Assembly (NCBI GenBank): GCA_943350765.1
Contig: CALRAJ010000003.1
Location: 1,456 to 65,455 of the forward strand
Source of the DNA: Candidatus Tayloriibacteriota bacterium
Lineage (GTDB): Bacteria > Patescibacteriota > Minisyncoccia > Phycocordibacterales > PALSA-1337
Length of the DNA stretch: 64,000 nucleotides
Direction: 5' to 3'
A model generated the notes under the pieces. It did no database searches, was not told where the DNA came from, and saw only the letters and a program-made list of their open reading frames with translations. This document shows positions 9,084 to 18,684 of this stretch, in pieces. Every line of letters starts with the position of its first letter. Positions within the stretch are counted from its first letter, which is position 1. The position numbers and the translations under genes are program-made.

Positions 9084-9356
9084 ATGCCAATAACCACATC
9101 TGCAAAGAAAGCCCTCAGAGGATCACAAAAGAAGCATGTTTTTAACATGCGTGCAAAGAAGTCGATTGACACTATTATGAAAAAGTTTAAGAAATTGGTG
9201 TCAGAAAAGAATGTAAAAGACGCCCTAGCTATTCTACCGTCACTTTACCAAGTACTCGATAAGGCTAGTAAGATAGGCTATATCAAGCCAAACAACGCTT
9301 CCCGCAACAAATCTCGGGTAGTGGCGATGTTAAAGAAGATAGAGGGGAAGGAGTAG
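9084..9356 (+). CDS. rpsT: 30S ribosomal protein S20
   Basis: MPITTSAKKALR...LDKASKIGYIKPNNASRNKSR. Confidence 0.95.
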   Translation: MPITTSAKKALRGSQKKHVFNMRAKKSIDTIMKKFKKLVSEKNVKDALAILPSLYQVLDKASKIGYIKPNNASRNKSRVVAMLKKIEGKE

Positions 9357-9366
9357 TGGGAAATAA

Positions 9367-9404
9367 AGAAAACTGCCGACCAGAAGGTCGGCAGTTTTCT
9401 ATTT
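9367..9404. terminator. intrinsic terminator after rpsT
   Basis: AGAAAACTGCCGACC-AGAA-GGTCGGCAGTTTTCT. Confidence 0.75.
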
Positions 9405-9563
9405 TGGTGCTCTTGGACAGACGCTTCGCTATCGAACTCCTGGGGAACCCCGTCTACAGGTGCACATCATCTACCGATGTGCCACGGTTCTCCCAATCCT
9501 TCCTCCACGGGAAAACGCCTGTTTTCCCGACCCCTTTCCTGTTCGATTCCTGCCAGGAACGCA
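9405..9563 (-). repeat. tRNA-Arg(GCG) 3'-end cassette (body B)
   Basis: Inverted copy GTTCGATTCCTGCCAGGA at 9541; body GGAAAGGGGTCGGG...CCCGTGGAGGA; degenerate direct copy ending GAGCACCA. Confidence 0.75.
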
Positions 9564-9585
9564 ACAAACAGCTACGCCTTTTTTG

Positions 9586-9657
9586 TGCTCCTGGCAGGAA
9601 TCGAACCTGCATTTCTCCCTTCGCAGGGGAGTGTCCTATCCGTTGAACGACAAGAGC
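9586..9657 (-). tRNA. tRNA-Arg(GCG)
   Basis: Anticodon arm CTCCC-CTGCGAA-GGGAG; CCA not encoded. Confidence 0.9.
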
Positions 9658-9666
9658 GGTAGGTAA

Positions 9667-9810
9667 ACCCCAAATTATGGAATACCGTCGCGGGCGTATC
9701 TTTTTGAAAGACTTCGGAAGCGGGTAGCTGAGACTTGAGAGATTTCTTACCAAAGAAATACTCGTGCTTTCAAAAAGATACGCTAAGAAAGGTGTTTCGT
9801 AATTTGGGGT
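9667..9810. mobile_element. MITE-like element, family D
   Basis: Termini ACCCCAAATTA/TAATTTGGGGT; core GTAGCTGAGACTTGAGAGATTT shared with copies at 44181, 51022 and 53063. Confidence 0.65.
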
Positions 9811-9882
9811 AAAGAAATATTAGCCAAACTAAAATTATCTAAAACACTAGCAGGAAACGCGATTTACCTTATCACACAAACA

Positions 9883-10344
9883 CTAAAATCCCAAGTATTC
9901 CAAGAGTCTGTGGCTGAGTGGCTCAACATATTCCTCTTGGTGTAAATATTTGGAAAGATATTGCTCTACAATGTCTGGATTGATGTCGCCAAGGAGGATT
10001 GTGATGTGTGGAACCATGACGCGTTTTGAGTGTATATAAAGTCTTGGTTCGTGATGATTGGTTTCTACCCAAAACGACTCGAGTGAGCGATATGGATACA
10101 AGGTGTTGCCAGAAAGTATGCCTTTTTCATTTATTTCATATTTTACCTCTAGTGGTACACGATGTGCATAGAGCGAGAGGGTAAAGGTACCTAATAGTAT
10201 AAAAATTGCGAGTAGAACATTATTAAAAATAATCGCTACTCCAGCAAGTGAAATAGAAATAATCCCCACTGCCCAAAACCAGTCTACGGTTTTTACTTTG
10301 TGTGAATATTCCGGTGCAACCCATTGTATAGGGAGGTATGCCAT
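9883..10344 (-). CDS. conserved hypothetical membrane protein (2 TM + soluble domain)
   Basis: W.APEY...KTVDWFW and LESFW pattern familiar from CPR proteins. Confidence 0.75.
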   Translation of the reverse strand: MAYLPIQWVAPEYSHKVKTVDWFWAVGIISISLAGVAIIFNNVLLAIFILLGTFTLSLYAHRVPLEVKYEINEKGILSGNTLYPYRSLESFWVETNHHEPRLYIHSKRVMVPHITILLGDINPDIVEQYLSKYLHQEEYVEPLSHRLLEYLGF

Positions 10345-10479
10345 GTCTGTATTGTATCATTTGTTTGCCATGAGCCACAATGGTAAAAGTGGGTATAAAA
10401 CAGTTTTAGTCCTAGGACGAGTTGGTTTAGCTTAACAGCCTTCCATTTATCTATTTTTATGCTAGTATACAAAGTCTAA

Positions 10480-10566
10480 GGATGGGTGCCAGAGTGGTCT
10501 AATGGAACAGTCTTGAAAACTGTCGCCTTCGCAAGGGGGCCGTGAGTTCGAATCTCACCCCATCCG
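10480..10566 (+). tRNA. tRNA-Ser(TGA)
   Basis: ACAGT-CTTGAAA-ACTGT arm, long variable arm, G discriminator. Confidence 0.94.
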
Positions 10567-10586
10567 CAGAGGAACGAAGTGAATAA

Positions 10587-10730
10587 GGAATGGGTGAGTT
10601 CGAACTGGAAGGGGGTCGGGGAAAATGGCGTTTCCCCGTGGAGGAAAACAACGAGTACTCGAGTGTTAGAAACCGTGGGTTTCTAAAACGCAGGCTACTG
10701 CCGAGCAGTGAGGTTCTCACCCCATCCGCC
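10587..10730 (+). repeat. tRNA-Ser(TGA) 3'-end cassette (body B)
   Basis: Degenerate inverted copy GGAATGGGTGAGTTCGAAC, body B, direct copy TCTCACCCCATCCG. Confidence 0.75.
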
Positions 10731-10897
10731 TTCGGTCCGCCGGAGCAGACCTACGGCGTGACGCAGTCCGCCAGTGGGTTTGCATAGGCGACCTTCGCCA
10801 TACTGAAGCATGGCTACGGCGTAAAAAAGTCCGCAGTAATTATGCGTCGACTTTCGCTAGAGTAATCTATATACTTGTATAGTGCTATAATAAAGCA

Positions 10898-11137
10898 ATG
10901 CATTATGTGTATAGTTTGAAATGTAAAGATGGTTATTATATTGGCTGTACCGATAATCTAAAAGATAGGATACTTAGGCACAAAGGAGGTAATGTGCCTG
11001 CTACCGCAAGTAGACTGTCCCTAGAGTTAGATTTCTATCTCGCGGTCAAGGATAAATACATAGCTTTTAATCTTGAGAAATATTTTAAATCTGGATCAGG
11101 TCGGACATTTATTAAAAAACATTTTATGACAATATAA
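10898..11137 (+). CDS. small GIY-YIG nuclease
   Basis: YVYSL...YIGCT..L..R...H, EKYFKSGSGR. Confidence 0.9.
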   Translation: MHYVYSLKCKDGYYIGCTDNLKDRILRHKGGNVPATASRLSLELDFYLAVKDKYIAFNLEKYFKSGSGRTFIKKHFMTI

Positions 11138-11194
11138 TGTCGAGATATTTTGATTTGCAACAGTTATCGATAATCATGAAAATTAAAAAATAAC

Positions 11195-11656
11195 ATGAAA
11201 TTATTAATTCCAAATTCTAATGAAATTGAATTGAAGACACTGATCTTAGATCTCAACGGCACACTCACGGTAAGAGGGGTGTTGGTCAAGGGAGTTTCAA
11301 AAAAACTAAAAGTATTGAAAAATAAGGGTTTAAAAGTAGTTTTATTTTCGGGTGATACTAGGGGTAATGGAAAAGATATATCTGATAAGCTAGGTATTGA
11401 ATTTTTTGTAACTTCTACTGGAGAAGAAAAACGAATAGAGGCTTCAAAATTAAATCCTGAAACATGCATTGCTATCGGTAATGGATTAATCGACACAGCT
11501 CTTTTTCGAACTGTAAAATTGTCTATAGCAACACTTCAATCTGAGGGTGTGCATGTCAAATGTCTTGAGGAAGCGGATATAGTAGTTTGTTCTATTTTGG
11601 ATGCCTTAGATTTATTGATCGATGAAAAAAGTTTAGTTTCAACATTGAGAGTGTAG
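11195..11656 (+). CDS. HAD-superfamily hydrolase (soluble P-type ATPase-like)
   Basis: DLNGTL, SGDTRG, AIGNGLID. Confidence 0.85.
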   Translation: MKLLIPNSNEIELKTLILDLNGTLTVRGVLVKGVSKKLKVLKNKGLKVVLFSGDTRGNGKDISDKLGIEFFVTSTGEEKRIEASKLNPETCIAIGNGLIDTALFRTVKLSIATLQSEGVHVKCLEEADIVVCSILDALDLLIDEKSLVSTLRV

Positions 11657-11728
11657 GATAGTTTTGAGTTTTGTGGAAATATATTATATAATTTATGACG
11701 CGCAAGAACTGACGCGCAAGAACGGTTC

Positions 11729-11992
11729 TTGCGAGTTTCCAAGTGTGTTGGTGGTCACTCCCTTTCTGGAAAAGAATTAGAAGTTGGATTGGAGATTACT
11801 AATTCTTCTAGAGCAAAGGAGGGGCAAGAAAAAATTGCTTTAGATTACTATACGGCAGATAGTGTTCAAAAAATGTGGTCAGCAAAAATTACTAATTTTT
11901 GGATAAATATGTCAGTGAGAGATGAAAGTGGTTTTATATTAAGAGATGAGAGAGTAGAATTAGAAAGAAATATTTTACTAAAAAGTATTTAA
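11729..11992 (+). CDS. hypothetical protein (start uncertain, possibly a remnant)
   Basis: ORF only; 14-bp tandem duplication upstream. Confidence 0.3.
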   Translation: MRVSKCVGGHSLSGKELEVGLEITNSSRAKEGQEKIALDYYTADSVQKMWSAKITNFWINMSVRDESGFILRDERVELERNILLKSI

Positions 11993-12018
11993 ATATAAAT
12001 ACATAGATACTTCTTGAT

Positions 12019-12522
12019 ATGACCAAAAGAATTTTAATTGTAGGAGATTCAGGAAGGGGGAAGAGTACCATGGCAGAGAAACTCTCGAAAAAGACAGGTA
12101 TACCTTTTTATTCCACGGATGATTTTTATTGGAAGACAAAGTTCACTGAAGTTAATGATAAACAAAAAAGTATCGAAGATATTGGAAAGATCTATAGCAA
12201 TAATGAATGGATTGTAGAAGGTGGAACTCGCCACTTAATTCAAGAGGGACTTGCTTGTGCGGACATTATTTATCTTCTGGAATTTAATAATATCTTCCTA
12301 CAGTATTATTTCTTGTTTTTTAGACATACAAAAAGAGAAAACGAACGATTGATTGATTTTTTGAATCTACTAAAACATATTACTTATAAAAGATACAAGA
12401 AGGGTTATGGGAATCATTTACCATCACTTGAAAATATGCTTAAGCCGTATGAGAATAAGGTTATAAGACTTAGATCACGAAAAGAAATCTATAGATGTGT
12501 GGATGAGATTACCCGAGGCTAA
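12019..12522 (+). CDS. adenylate kinase-like/FlaR-type P-loop protein
   Basis: GDSGRGKST, DDFYW, WIVEG. Confidence 0.8.
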   Translation: MTKRILIVGDSGRGKSTMAEKLSKKTGIPFYSTDDFYWKTKFTEVNDKQKSIEDIGKIYSNNEWIVEGGTRHLIQEGLACADIIYLLEFNNIFLQYYFLFFRHTKRENERLIDFLNLLKHITYKRYKKGYGNHLPSLENMLKPYENKVIRLRSRKEIYRCVDEITRG

Positions 12523-12597
12523 ATATTCTTGTTGATCTAATATGTTATAATACAAAAGAAAGAGATTTTTATTAGTTTTAAAGTATTAATTGTTTTT

Positions 12598-13296
12598 ATG
12601 CAAAAAATTATCACCACAGTAGTCATCATTATAGTTATTGCCCTCGCCTCTTTCTTATACCTCACCCGACCGGTCAATGCCCCAACACAGTCAGTAGAAT
12701 CGGTAGCAGAAAGGCTTCCTACAGGCACTCCTACCACAGAGCAAAAGCTCTATCGTATTTCCCAAAAACAATCAGAAGTCCAGTTTAGTATTGGTGAGAT
12801 TTTGAACGGCTCACCCTTTACCGCAGTGGGGAAGACAAGTGAGGTAGCCGGAGATATACTCGTTTCAAAAAATACCGTTACCGTGGGGGAGATAGTAGTA
12901 AATGCAAAAACATTTAAAACGGACAGTACCCGTCGAGATGGAGCTATCGTCCGCTTTATTCTCAAATCAGATCAGCCAGCCAACGAATTTATTACATTTA
13001 AGCATACAAAACCTATCGTTCTTGCTTTGCCACCCGTTGTCGGCAAGGAAGTCACCGCTACTGTTTCAGGAGACCTGACCATCTCTGGAGTTACAAAGCC
13101 AGTAGTCATGAATGTAAAAATGACACTTCTGACTGTGAAAAATCAAATCTCAGGGGATGAATCATTTGTGATTACAGGAGACACTACTGTCAAGCGTTCA
13201 GACTTTGGACTAAAGATTCCCGAGCTTTCTTTCTTGGCGAGTGTGGATGATGTAGTAAAAATACATGTTGCGGTCACGGCAAATAGAATCCCATAG
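12598..13296 (+). CDS. YceI-family protein
   Basis: N-terminal TM; TDSTRRD, GDLTISGVTKPV, KRSDFGL. Confidence 0.88.
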   Translation: MQKIITTVVIIIVIALASFLYLTRPVNAPTQSVESVAERLPTGTPTTEQKLYRISQKQSEVQFSIGEILNGSPFTAVGKTSEVAGDILVSKNTVTVGEIVVNAKTFKTDSTRRDGAIVRFILKSDQPANEFITFKHTKPIVLALPPVVGKEVTATVSGDLTISGVTKPVVMNVKMTLLTVKNQISGDESFVITGDTTVKRSDFGLKIPELSFLASVDDVVKIHVAVTANRIP

Positions 13297-13360
13297 GTAG
13301 GGAAAATCCCTTACCTAGACTATGTTCGACTATTTTTCCAGTCTAGGATACTATATAAAT

Positions 13361-13666
13361 ATGCCCATCACTTCTTCACTGGTTGTTTCGTTTGCGATAG
13401 GGATTATTGTCGGAACACTTTTTGTCTACAAGAAAAGTGGGTCGTACGGAAAGAATAGACAGCACAGAGAAAAGGAAAAAAGAAAAGCATTAATAATGGA
13501 TTTATTCGCTACTCGCTTTGAGGTGCGAAATAATGATGTTGAGCGCATGTTTGCCGTGTCTGATGCGACGGCTACGAACTATTTGAGTGAGCTAGAGGCT
13601 GAGGGAAAGGTAAGGCAGGTGGGGAGTCGGGGGAGGTTTGTGACTTACGAGAAAATCAAAGGCTAA
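13361..13666 (+). CDS. membrane-anchored winged-HTH protein
   Basis: N-terminal TM then NNDVE..FAVSDATATNYLSELE..G. Confidence 0.75.
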   Translation: MPITSSLVVSFAIGIIVGTLFVYKKSGSYGKNRQHREKEKRKALIMDLFATRFEVRNNDVERMFAVSDATATNYLSELEAEGKVRQVGSRGRFVTYEKIKG

Positions 13667-13951
13667 ACAGGGGTGTTTAGCCTTTGAGCGTGGCTACACA
13701 GAGCCATTTTGGGTTTTTGGCTAAAACAGTCCTAATCGACCAAAATGGACTACATTTTGGTCGATTAGGACTGTTCGCCCGAGCATTTTTTGCTAAAAAT
13801 ACTTTAGGGCCTTATTTGGAGGTTTTTTATGTGAAATTGGTGTGGAAAGTGGTCTGGGAAGCAGGACTTGCCCCCGAAAATCTACTGATTTTCGGGGGGG
13901 CATGACTCCGTACTTTCGACTTTCGACTACCCTTTGTGCTATGCTCTCAGT

Positions 13952-14389
13952 ATGAAATATCTCGGTATAGACTATGGGTCAAAGCGAGTAGGTGTGGCGG
14001 TGTCTGATGAGACCGGGAAATTTGCCTTTGCAAAGGCGGTGCTAGTAAATGATAAAACACTTTTGCAGACCATCCACAAAATTTGTATGGAGGAAAAAGT
14101 AGAAGTAATTGTGTTGGGTGAATCAAAAGATTATGACGGTAAAGATAATCCGATTATGAAGCAAATCATGAGACATAAAGGAGAGCTTGAGACGGAGATT
14201 GGTGTGCCGGTCTACCTCGAGCCAGAGTTTATGACTTCATCCCAAGCAGAGCGGGTTGGATCACAAGACTTCAGCCAGAACAGAAGATCTGGACTAGGTA
14301 CGAGAAGTCCAAAGACTAAAAATATAATGCTCGACGCCTCCGCCGCGGCACTGATTTTGCAGAGTTACCTAGATAAAAATAGACAGTAG
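13952..14389 (+). CDS. ruvX: RuvX/YqgF-family nuclease
   Basis: LGIDYGSKRVGVAVSD, E.MTS, DASAAALILQSYLD. Confidence 0.93.
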   Translation: MKYLGIDYGSKRVGVAVSDETGKFAFAKAVLVNDKTLLQTIHKICMEEKVEVIVLGESKDYDGKDNPIMKQIMRHKGELETEIGVPVYLEPEFMTSSQAERVGSQDFSQNRRSGLGTRSPKTKNIMLDASAAALILQSYLDKNRQ

Positions 14390-14542
14390 ATATCAGACAT
14401 TAGTATTTAGACAACAGGCATCAGACATGTAAAAATACCCGCGGCGTACTCGCCGCGGGCCCTTTGTCCACGTATTTTCTAATGTCTATAATCTAACTAC
14501 TAAAATCTACCTTCTAGTCTTCGTTTGTGCTATGCTCTCAGT

Positions 14543-15319
14543 ATGGAAAAAATACGACTTTCGGCAAATATTATCTATGTGACCGATCTTCCGCGTGCCA
14601 AGGCATGGTACGAGAAGAATTTTGGTATGAAAACTCTAGAATATAGTCCGCCAGAATTCCTCGAAATGTCTCTTGGTGATCAAATCTTTTATATTGAAAC
14701 TGAAAATCCAAAAAGACCAGAAGGTTTTCGTGAGGTGTCTGTGGGTGGTGCCAGCTCGGCTATTTTTGCGGTAGATGATCTAAAGAAGACTGTTGAAGAT
14801 CTAAGGTCGAAAGGGGTAAAAATTGTCGCTGAGCCAGTCGAACCGTTTTGGGGAGGCTTGGTGGCAAAGGTGGCGGACCCAGATGGTAATTGTTTTACCT
14901 TAGATCAGGAAGTGAAGGTTGTGGTACCACCCAAAACACACATTTCGTACGAAGAATTCGCTCAAGTGGAAATCAAGGTGGGTAAAATACTTTCGGCAGA
15001 AAAAATTCCTGATACGGATAAGCTTTTGAAACTGGTGGTAGAATTTGGGCTAAAACCGTCGTCTCAAGAAATGGGAGACGACGGTTCGTCTAAAGCGAAT
15101 CAGCCGGATGTTCGCCAAATCGTTTCTGGAATCTTGACATATTTTCCAGACCCAGCTGTACTTGTGGGGAAAAAATGTATGTTTGTGACCAATCTGGAAC
15201 CTCGCAAAATCCGTGGCCATGAAAGCAACGGCATGCTTTTTGCGGTAAGCACTCCAGAAGGCACTTTTTCACTGCTCGAGCCGATAGACGCAATACCGCC
15301 GGGAACTAAAGCGAAATAA
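14543..15319 (+). CDS. VOC/glyoxalase domain fused to tRNA-binding OB domain (CsaA/Trbp111/MetG C-terminal-like)
   Basis: FAVDDL...PFWGG...DPDGN, then EIKVGKI...DKLLKL...RQIVSG...NLEPRKIRGHESNGM. Confidence 0.8.
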   Translation: MEKIRLSANIIYVTDLPRAKAWYEKNFGMKTLEYSPPEFLEMSLGDQIFYIETENPKRPEGFREVSVGGASSAIFAVDDLKKTVEDLRSKGVKIVAEPVEPFWGGLVAKVADPDGNCFTLDQEVKVVVPPKTHISYEEFAQVEIKVGKILSAEKIPDTDKLLKLVVEFGLKPSSQEMGDDGSSKANQPDVRQIVSGILTYFPDPAVLVGKKCMFVTNLEPRKIRGHESNGMLFAVSTPEGTFSLLEPIDAIPPGTKAK

Positions 15320-15320
15320 T

Positions 15321-15920
15321 ATGAGCATACTTGAGCTTCTCGATCCAAAAATATTAATACAGACAGTGGGTATTCTCGGAGTTTTTGCGGTGATTTTTGC
15401 CGAGTCTGGACTTTTTTTCGGATTTTTCTTGCCTGGCGACTCACTTCTTTTTACGGCTGGGTTGCTGGCATCACAAGATTATTTTAGTATCACTTCACTT
15501 ATCTTCGGCTGTATTATTTTTGCTATCCTCGGTGATAATGTCGGGTATGCTTTTGGTCGACGGGTGGGGGAGAAGATATTTATTCGAGAAGACTCTTTCT
15601 TTTTTCATAAAAAGCATGTTGCGCGAGCGCAAATATTTTATGAAAAATACGGTAAAAAGGCGATTGTTTTGGCACGATTTGTGCCAGTGGTTAGGACTTT
15701 TGCACCGATTTTAGCTGGAGTAGGAAAAATGCAATACCGAACTTTTTTAGTCTACAATATTGTCGGTGGCGTGGTTTGGGTCTCGGCGTTGTCTCTACTC
15801 GGCTTTGTTTTAGGAAATACGGTACCAGACATAGATAAGTATGTATTGCCGATTATAGCGTTAATTATTTTTATTTCCATCTTACCTATATTGCTTTCGT
15901 ATATAAAAAGCCGAAAGTAA
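15321..15920 (+). CDS. DedA/VTT-family membrane protein
   Basis: FAESG..FGFFLPGDSLLF, ARFVPVVRTFAP. Confidence 0.93.
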   Translation: MSILELLDPKILIQTVGILGVFAVIFAESGLFFGFFLPGDSLLFTAGLLASQDYFSITSLIFGCIIFAILGDNVGYAFGRRVGEKIFIREDSFFFHKKHVARAQIFYEKYGKKAIVLARFVPVVRTFAPILAGVGKMQYRTFLVYNIVGGVVWVSALSLLGFVLGNTVPDIDKYVLPIIALIIFISILPILLSYIKSRK

Positions 15921-16046
15921 AAGGATATTGGTAGTTATTCATTCCATTTATTTAGTTGCCGTAGTATAATATAGGGGAAGTTTTATCCATGTTTTTGGGT
16001 GTGTACCTCGAATTATAAAATGCTCTTGCAGGCGTATATTTAAGAT

Positions 16047-17051
16047 ATGAATTTACAAAAAGTTCTTACATTTTTTCCACCCCCTACTTTTATCGATAGA
16101 CCATCTATTGGGCTTGATATTACCGATGAGGCTGTCTATTTTGCTGAGCTTCGACGGGGGAAAAATGGCTTCGAGCTAGGTAAGTACGGAGAAAAAATAC
16201 TTCCAAGAGGAATGGTGGAGGCGGGGCATATCAATGATCCAGAAGGTTTGTCAAATATTTTAAAAGAACTCAAGGATCGGCACGGGTTTCAAAATGTTCG
16301 CACCTCACTACCAGAAGAAAAAACCTATTTATTTAGTACCGAGATTCCCTATACTGATGATATTTCGCAAATGAAGAAAAGTTTGGAGTTTAAACTTGAG
16401 GATAATGTGCCAATACCTCCAGCTGAAACTATTTTTGAATTTGACTTAGTCTCTAATCTGGGTATCGTAAAAGACCACCTCGATGTGAGTGTGCTGGCAG
16501 TTTCTGACAAAGTCGTCAGTGCGTACACTAGCGTTTTACATTCAGCGGGGCTAAATCCTTTTTCATTTGAAGTAGAAACAAGAGCACTTGCAAAAGCGGT
16601 GGTACGAAAAGGGGATGATAGTACTATAATGATTATCGATGTAGGTAACCTAAAGACCGGTGTGTATGTGATCTCTGAAGGTGTTGTGCGTTTTTCATCG
16701 ACCCTAAATCTAGATATTAGACAAGAAACTTTCGATGAAAACAGAGACACAACTGCGATGCTGGCGCTTAGAGCAGAGATCCAAAGAATTCAGACATACT
16801 GGAATACTCATAATGATAAAAATAACGAGTTTAATGTAAAAATAGAGAAAGTTCTCATTTGTGGACAACCTGCGATAGGTTTAAAATTAGATCATTATTT
16901 TTCAAGGAAGCTACAGTTGCCAGTAGAGTTTGCTAATATATGGTCCAATGTGTGTTCGTTTGATTCATATATACCAGTACTAGATTTTAATGAGTCATTA
17001 AAATATGCAGTTGCTGTTGGTCTGATCCTTTCTCAATATCACAATTTTTAA
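16047..17051 (+). CDS. pilM: type IV pilus assembly protein PilM
   Basis: IGLDIT, IIDVG, LICG, YAVAVGL actin-fold motifs. Confidence 0.85.
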   Translation: MNLQKVLTFFPPPTFIDRPSIGLDITDEAVYFAELRRGKNGFELGKYGEKILPRGMVEAGHINDPEGLSNILKELKDRHGFQNVRTSLPEEKTYLFSTEIPYTDDISQMKKSLEFKLEDNVPIPPAETIFEFDLVSNLGIVKDHLDVSVLAVSDKVVSAYTSVLHSAGLNPFSFEVETRALAKAVVRKGDDSTIMIIDVGNLKTGVYVISEGVVRFSSTLNLDIRQETFDENRDTTAMLALRAEIQRIQTYWNTHNDKNNEFNVKIEKVLICGQPAIGLKLDHYFSRKLQLPVEFANIWSNVCSFDSYIPVLDFNESLKYAVAVGLILSQYHNF

Positions 17052-17054
17052 ATT

Positions 17055-17606
17055 ATGTATCATCTTCTTCCACTAGCCGAAAAAAGATTACTGCTCTCTG
17101 AGTATAAAACTCGTTTTTTGATTGTTTCATTGGTAGCATTACTAGTACTTATTTTGCTTGGAATAGTATTTCTTCTACCCTCATTATTTTTAGCCGATGC
17201 AAAAAATCAAGCTGTAAATAGTCGCATCAAGATATTGAAAGACACAGTCCTGAGTAAGCAAGACAGCACTATAAGTACTATTTTTGAGAGTACTAAATCT
17301 GATTTGAAATTATTGACGAGTGGACAAGATTCTCTATCGCTTAGAACTTTGCTCGAGACAATCATAAACGATCGTATTTCAGGAATAAGTATAAGAAGCT
17401 TTTCTTTTTCTCGCATAGAGGCTGATGGAAGTATTCTTGCAACAATAAAAGGGGTGTATACAGAGAGAGATTCGCTAGTCGCTTTTCGCAAGAGTCTGGA
17501 GAGAGAAAAGATATTTAATAGGGTTGATTTGCCGATCTCGTCTTTAGCAAAAAGTAAAAATGCAGATTTTACTATTGAGCTAGTTGCCTCCGAACCTAAA
17601 AAATAA
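17055..17606 (+). CDS. PilN-like protein
   Basis: HLLP motif + TM; directly after pilM. Confidence 0.7.
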   Translation: MYHLLPLAEKRLLLSEYKTRFLIVSLVALLVLILLGIVFLLPSLFLADAKNQAVNSRIKILKDTVLSKQDSTISTIFESTKSDLKLLTSGQDSLSLRTLLETIINDRISGISIRSFSFSRIEADGSILATIKGVYTERDSLVAFRKSLEREKIFNRVDLPISSLAKSKNADFTIELVASEPKK

Positions 17607-17610
17607 AAAT

Positions 17611-18189
17611 ATGCACAATTCAAAAAACACCATTCTTTTAGTTTCAATTAGCCTCATCTGTATACTTGCTATATTTGTTTTGTGTTGGGCGGTTATCGGT
17701 ATTAAGCAAAAAGTCGGTGATACCGCTTCAACATTATCTGATGTAGGTGTGTTGGAAAAAAATGACATGGAGTACCAGATATCAGAAAAAAATATAAAAC
17801 TAACACAAGGAGATCGTGCCAAAATCGCATCATACATAGTTTCAAAAGACGGTGTGGTGGATTTTATAAAACTAATAGAAAGCATTGCTAGTAAAAGTAA
17901 TATGGAAATATCGATTAAAACAGTGAGAGAGTCCGGCACTGTTGAGCAGGCTACCTCATCACCAAAAGTAATGCTCAGTTTACCACTCAGTGTTACAGGT
18001 ACTTGGCAAAACATCATGCTCTTTCTGGCCTTGCTTGAGAGCTTGCCTTACAGAATAACTTTATCCAAGGTCGATTTTAGAAGAATAGAATCCGAGGAGG
18101 TATTAGATACAAAGAAAAAAAGTCAATTTTCAAAGTCCAATCCTGGCTGGCAGGGTGATTTTGAATTGAGTGTATTAAAATTTAAATAA
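17611..18189 (+). CDS. PilO-like protein
   Basis: N-terminal TM; VTGTWQNIMLFL..LESLPY; operon position. Confidence 0.7.
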   Translation: MHNSKNTILLVSISLICILAIFVLCWAVIGIKQKVGDTASTLSDVGVLEKNDMEYQISEKNIKLTQGDRAKIASYIVSKDGVVDFIKLIESIASKSNMEISIKTVRESGTVEQATSSPKVMLSLPLSVTGTWQNIMLFLALLESLPYRITLSKVDFRRIESEEVLDTKKKSQFSKSNPGWQGDFELSVLKFK

Positions 18190-18194
18190 AGTAT

Positions 18195-18555
18195 ATGACA
18201 GATAGTATATTCACAAAAGAAGGTATTGCGATAAAACCAGTATCACAAAAAAAAGTTCAAAAAGCTCCTAAGCGCTATTTTAGACGATTAGGACATGATG
18301 TAAATCAGGATTGGCTGATGATCGTGGGGAGCTTTATGTGTTTATCGGTTATTTTTTTTGATTATCGCTATCTGGATATATAGTACTGTATATGCTGGAA
18401 AAAGCTTTTCATTTGAAACCAATTCAATACCAGCGTCTCCTGTTCTAATAAATACAAAATCACTAACCGAAACCATAGAAAAGTATGAGCAAAAAAGACT
18501 AAAGTTTAATTTTTTGCAACAGAATGGGGTGAGGAGCTTTGACCCATCTCTGTAA
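18195..18555 (+). pseudogene. fourth pil-operon membrane gene, frameshifted at T8
   Basis: T8 at 18352-18359; T7 fuses ORFs 18195-18383 and 18358-18555 through one continuous TM helix. Confidence 0.65.
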
Positions 18556-18588
18556 GAGTGCTATAGTCCTCGATAAGTAATAATAAAT

Positions 18589-18663
18589 GCCCTCGTAGTT
18601 CAATGGATAGAACTGCGGACTTCTAAGCCGTCAATGTTGGTTCGATTCCAACCGAGGGCACCA
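18589..18663 (+). tRNA. tRNA-Arg(TCT)
   Basis: Anticodon loop CTTCTAA; encoded CCA. Confidence 0.93.
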
Positions 18664-18684
18664 AATAAACCTGTAAGGGTTTTT

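Noticed and set aside
9356-9753. Short ORFs over tRNAs and cassettes (also 4884-5499, 10499-10787, 18631-19018, 27268-27483, 30298-30534, 59920-60414)
   Set aside because: Spurious frames across tRNA and palindromic repeat sequence
11696-11723. 14-bp tandem duplication TGACGCGCAAGAAC as a switch
   Set aside because: Removing one copy does not join ATG 11695 to the downstream ORF; probably decay
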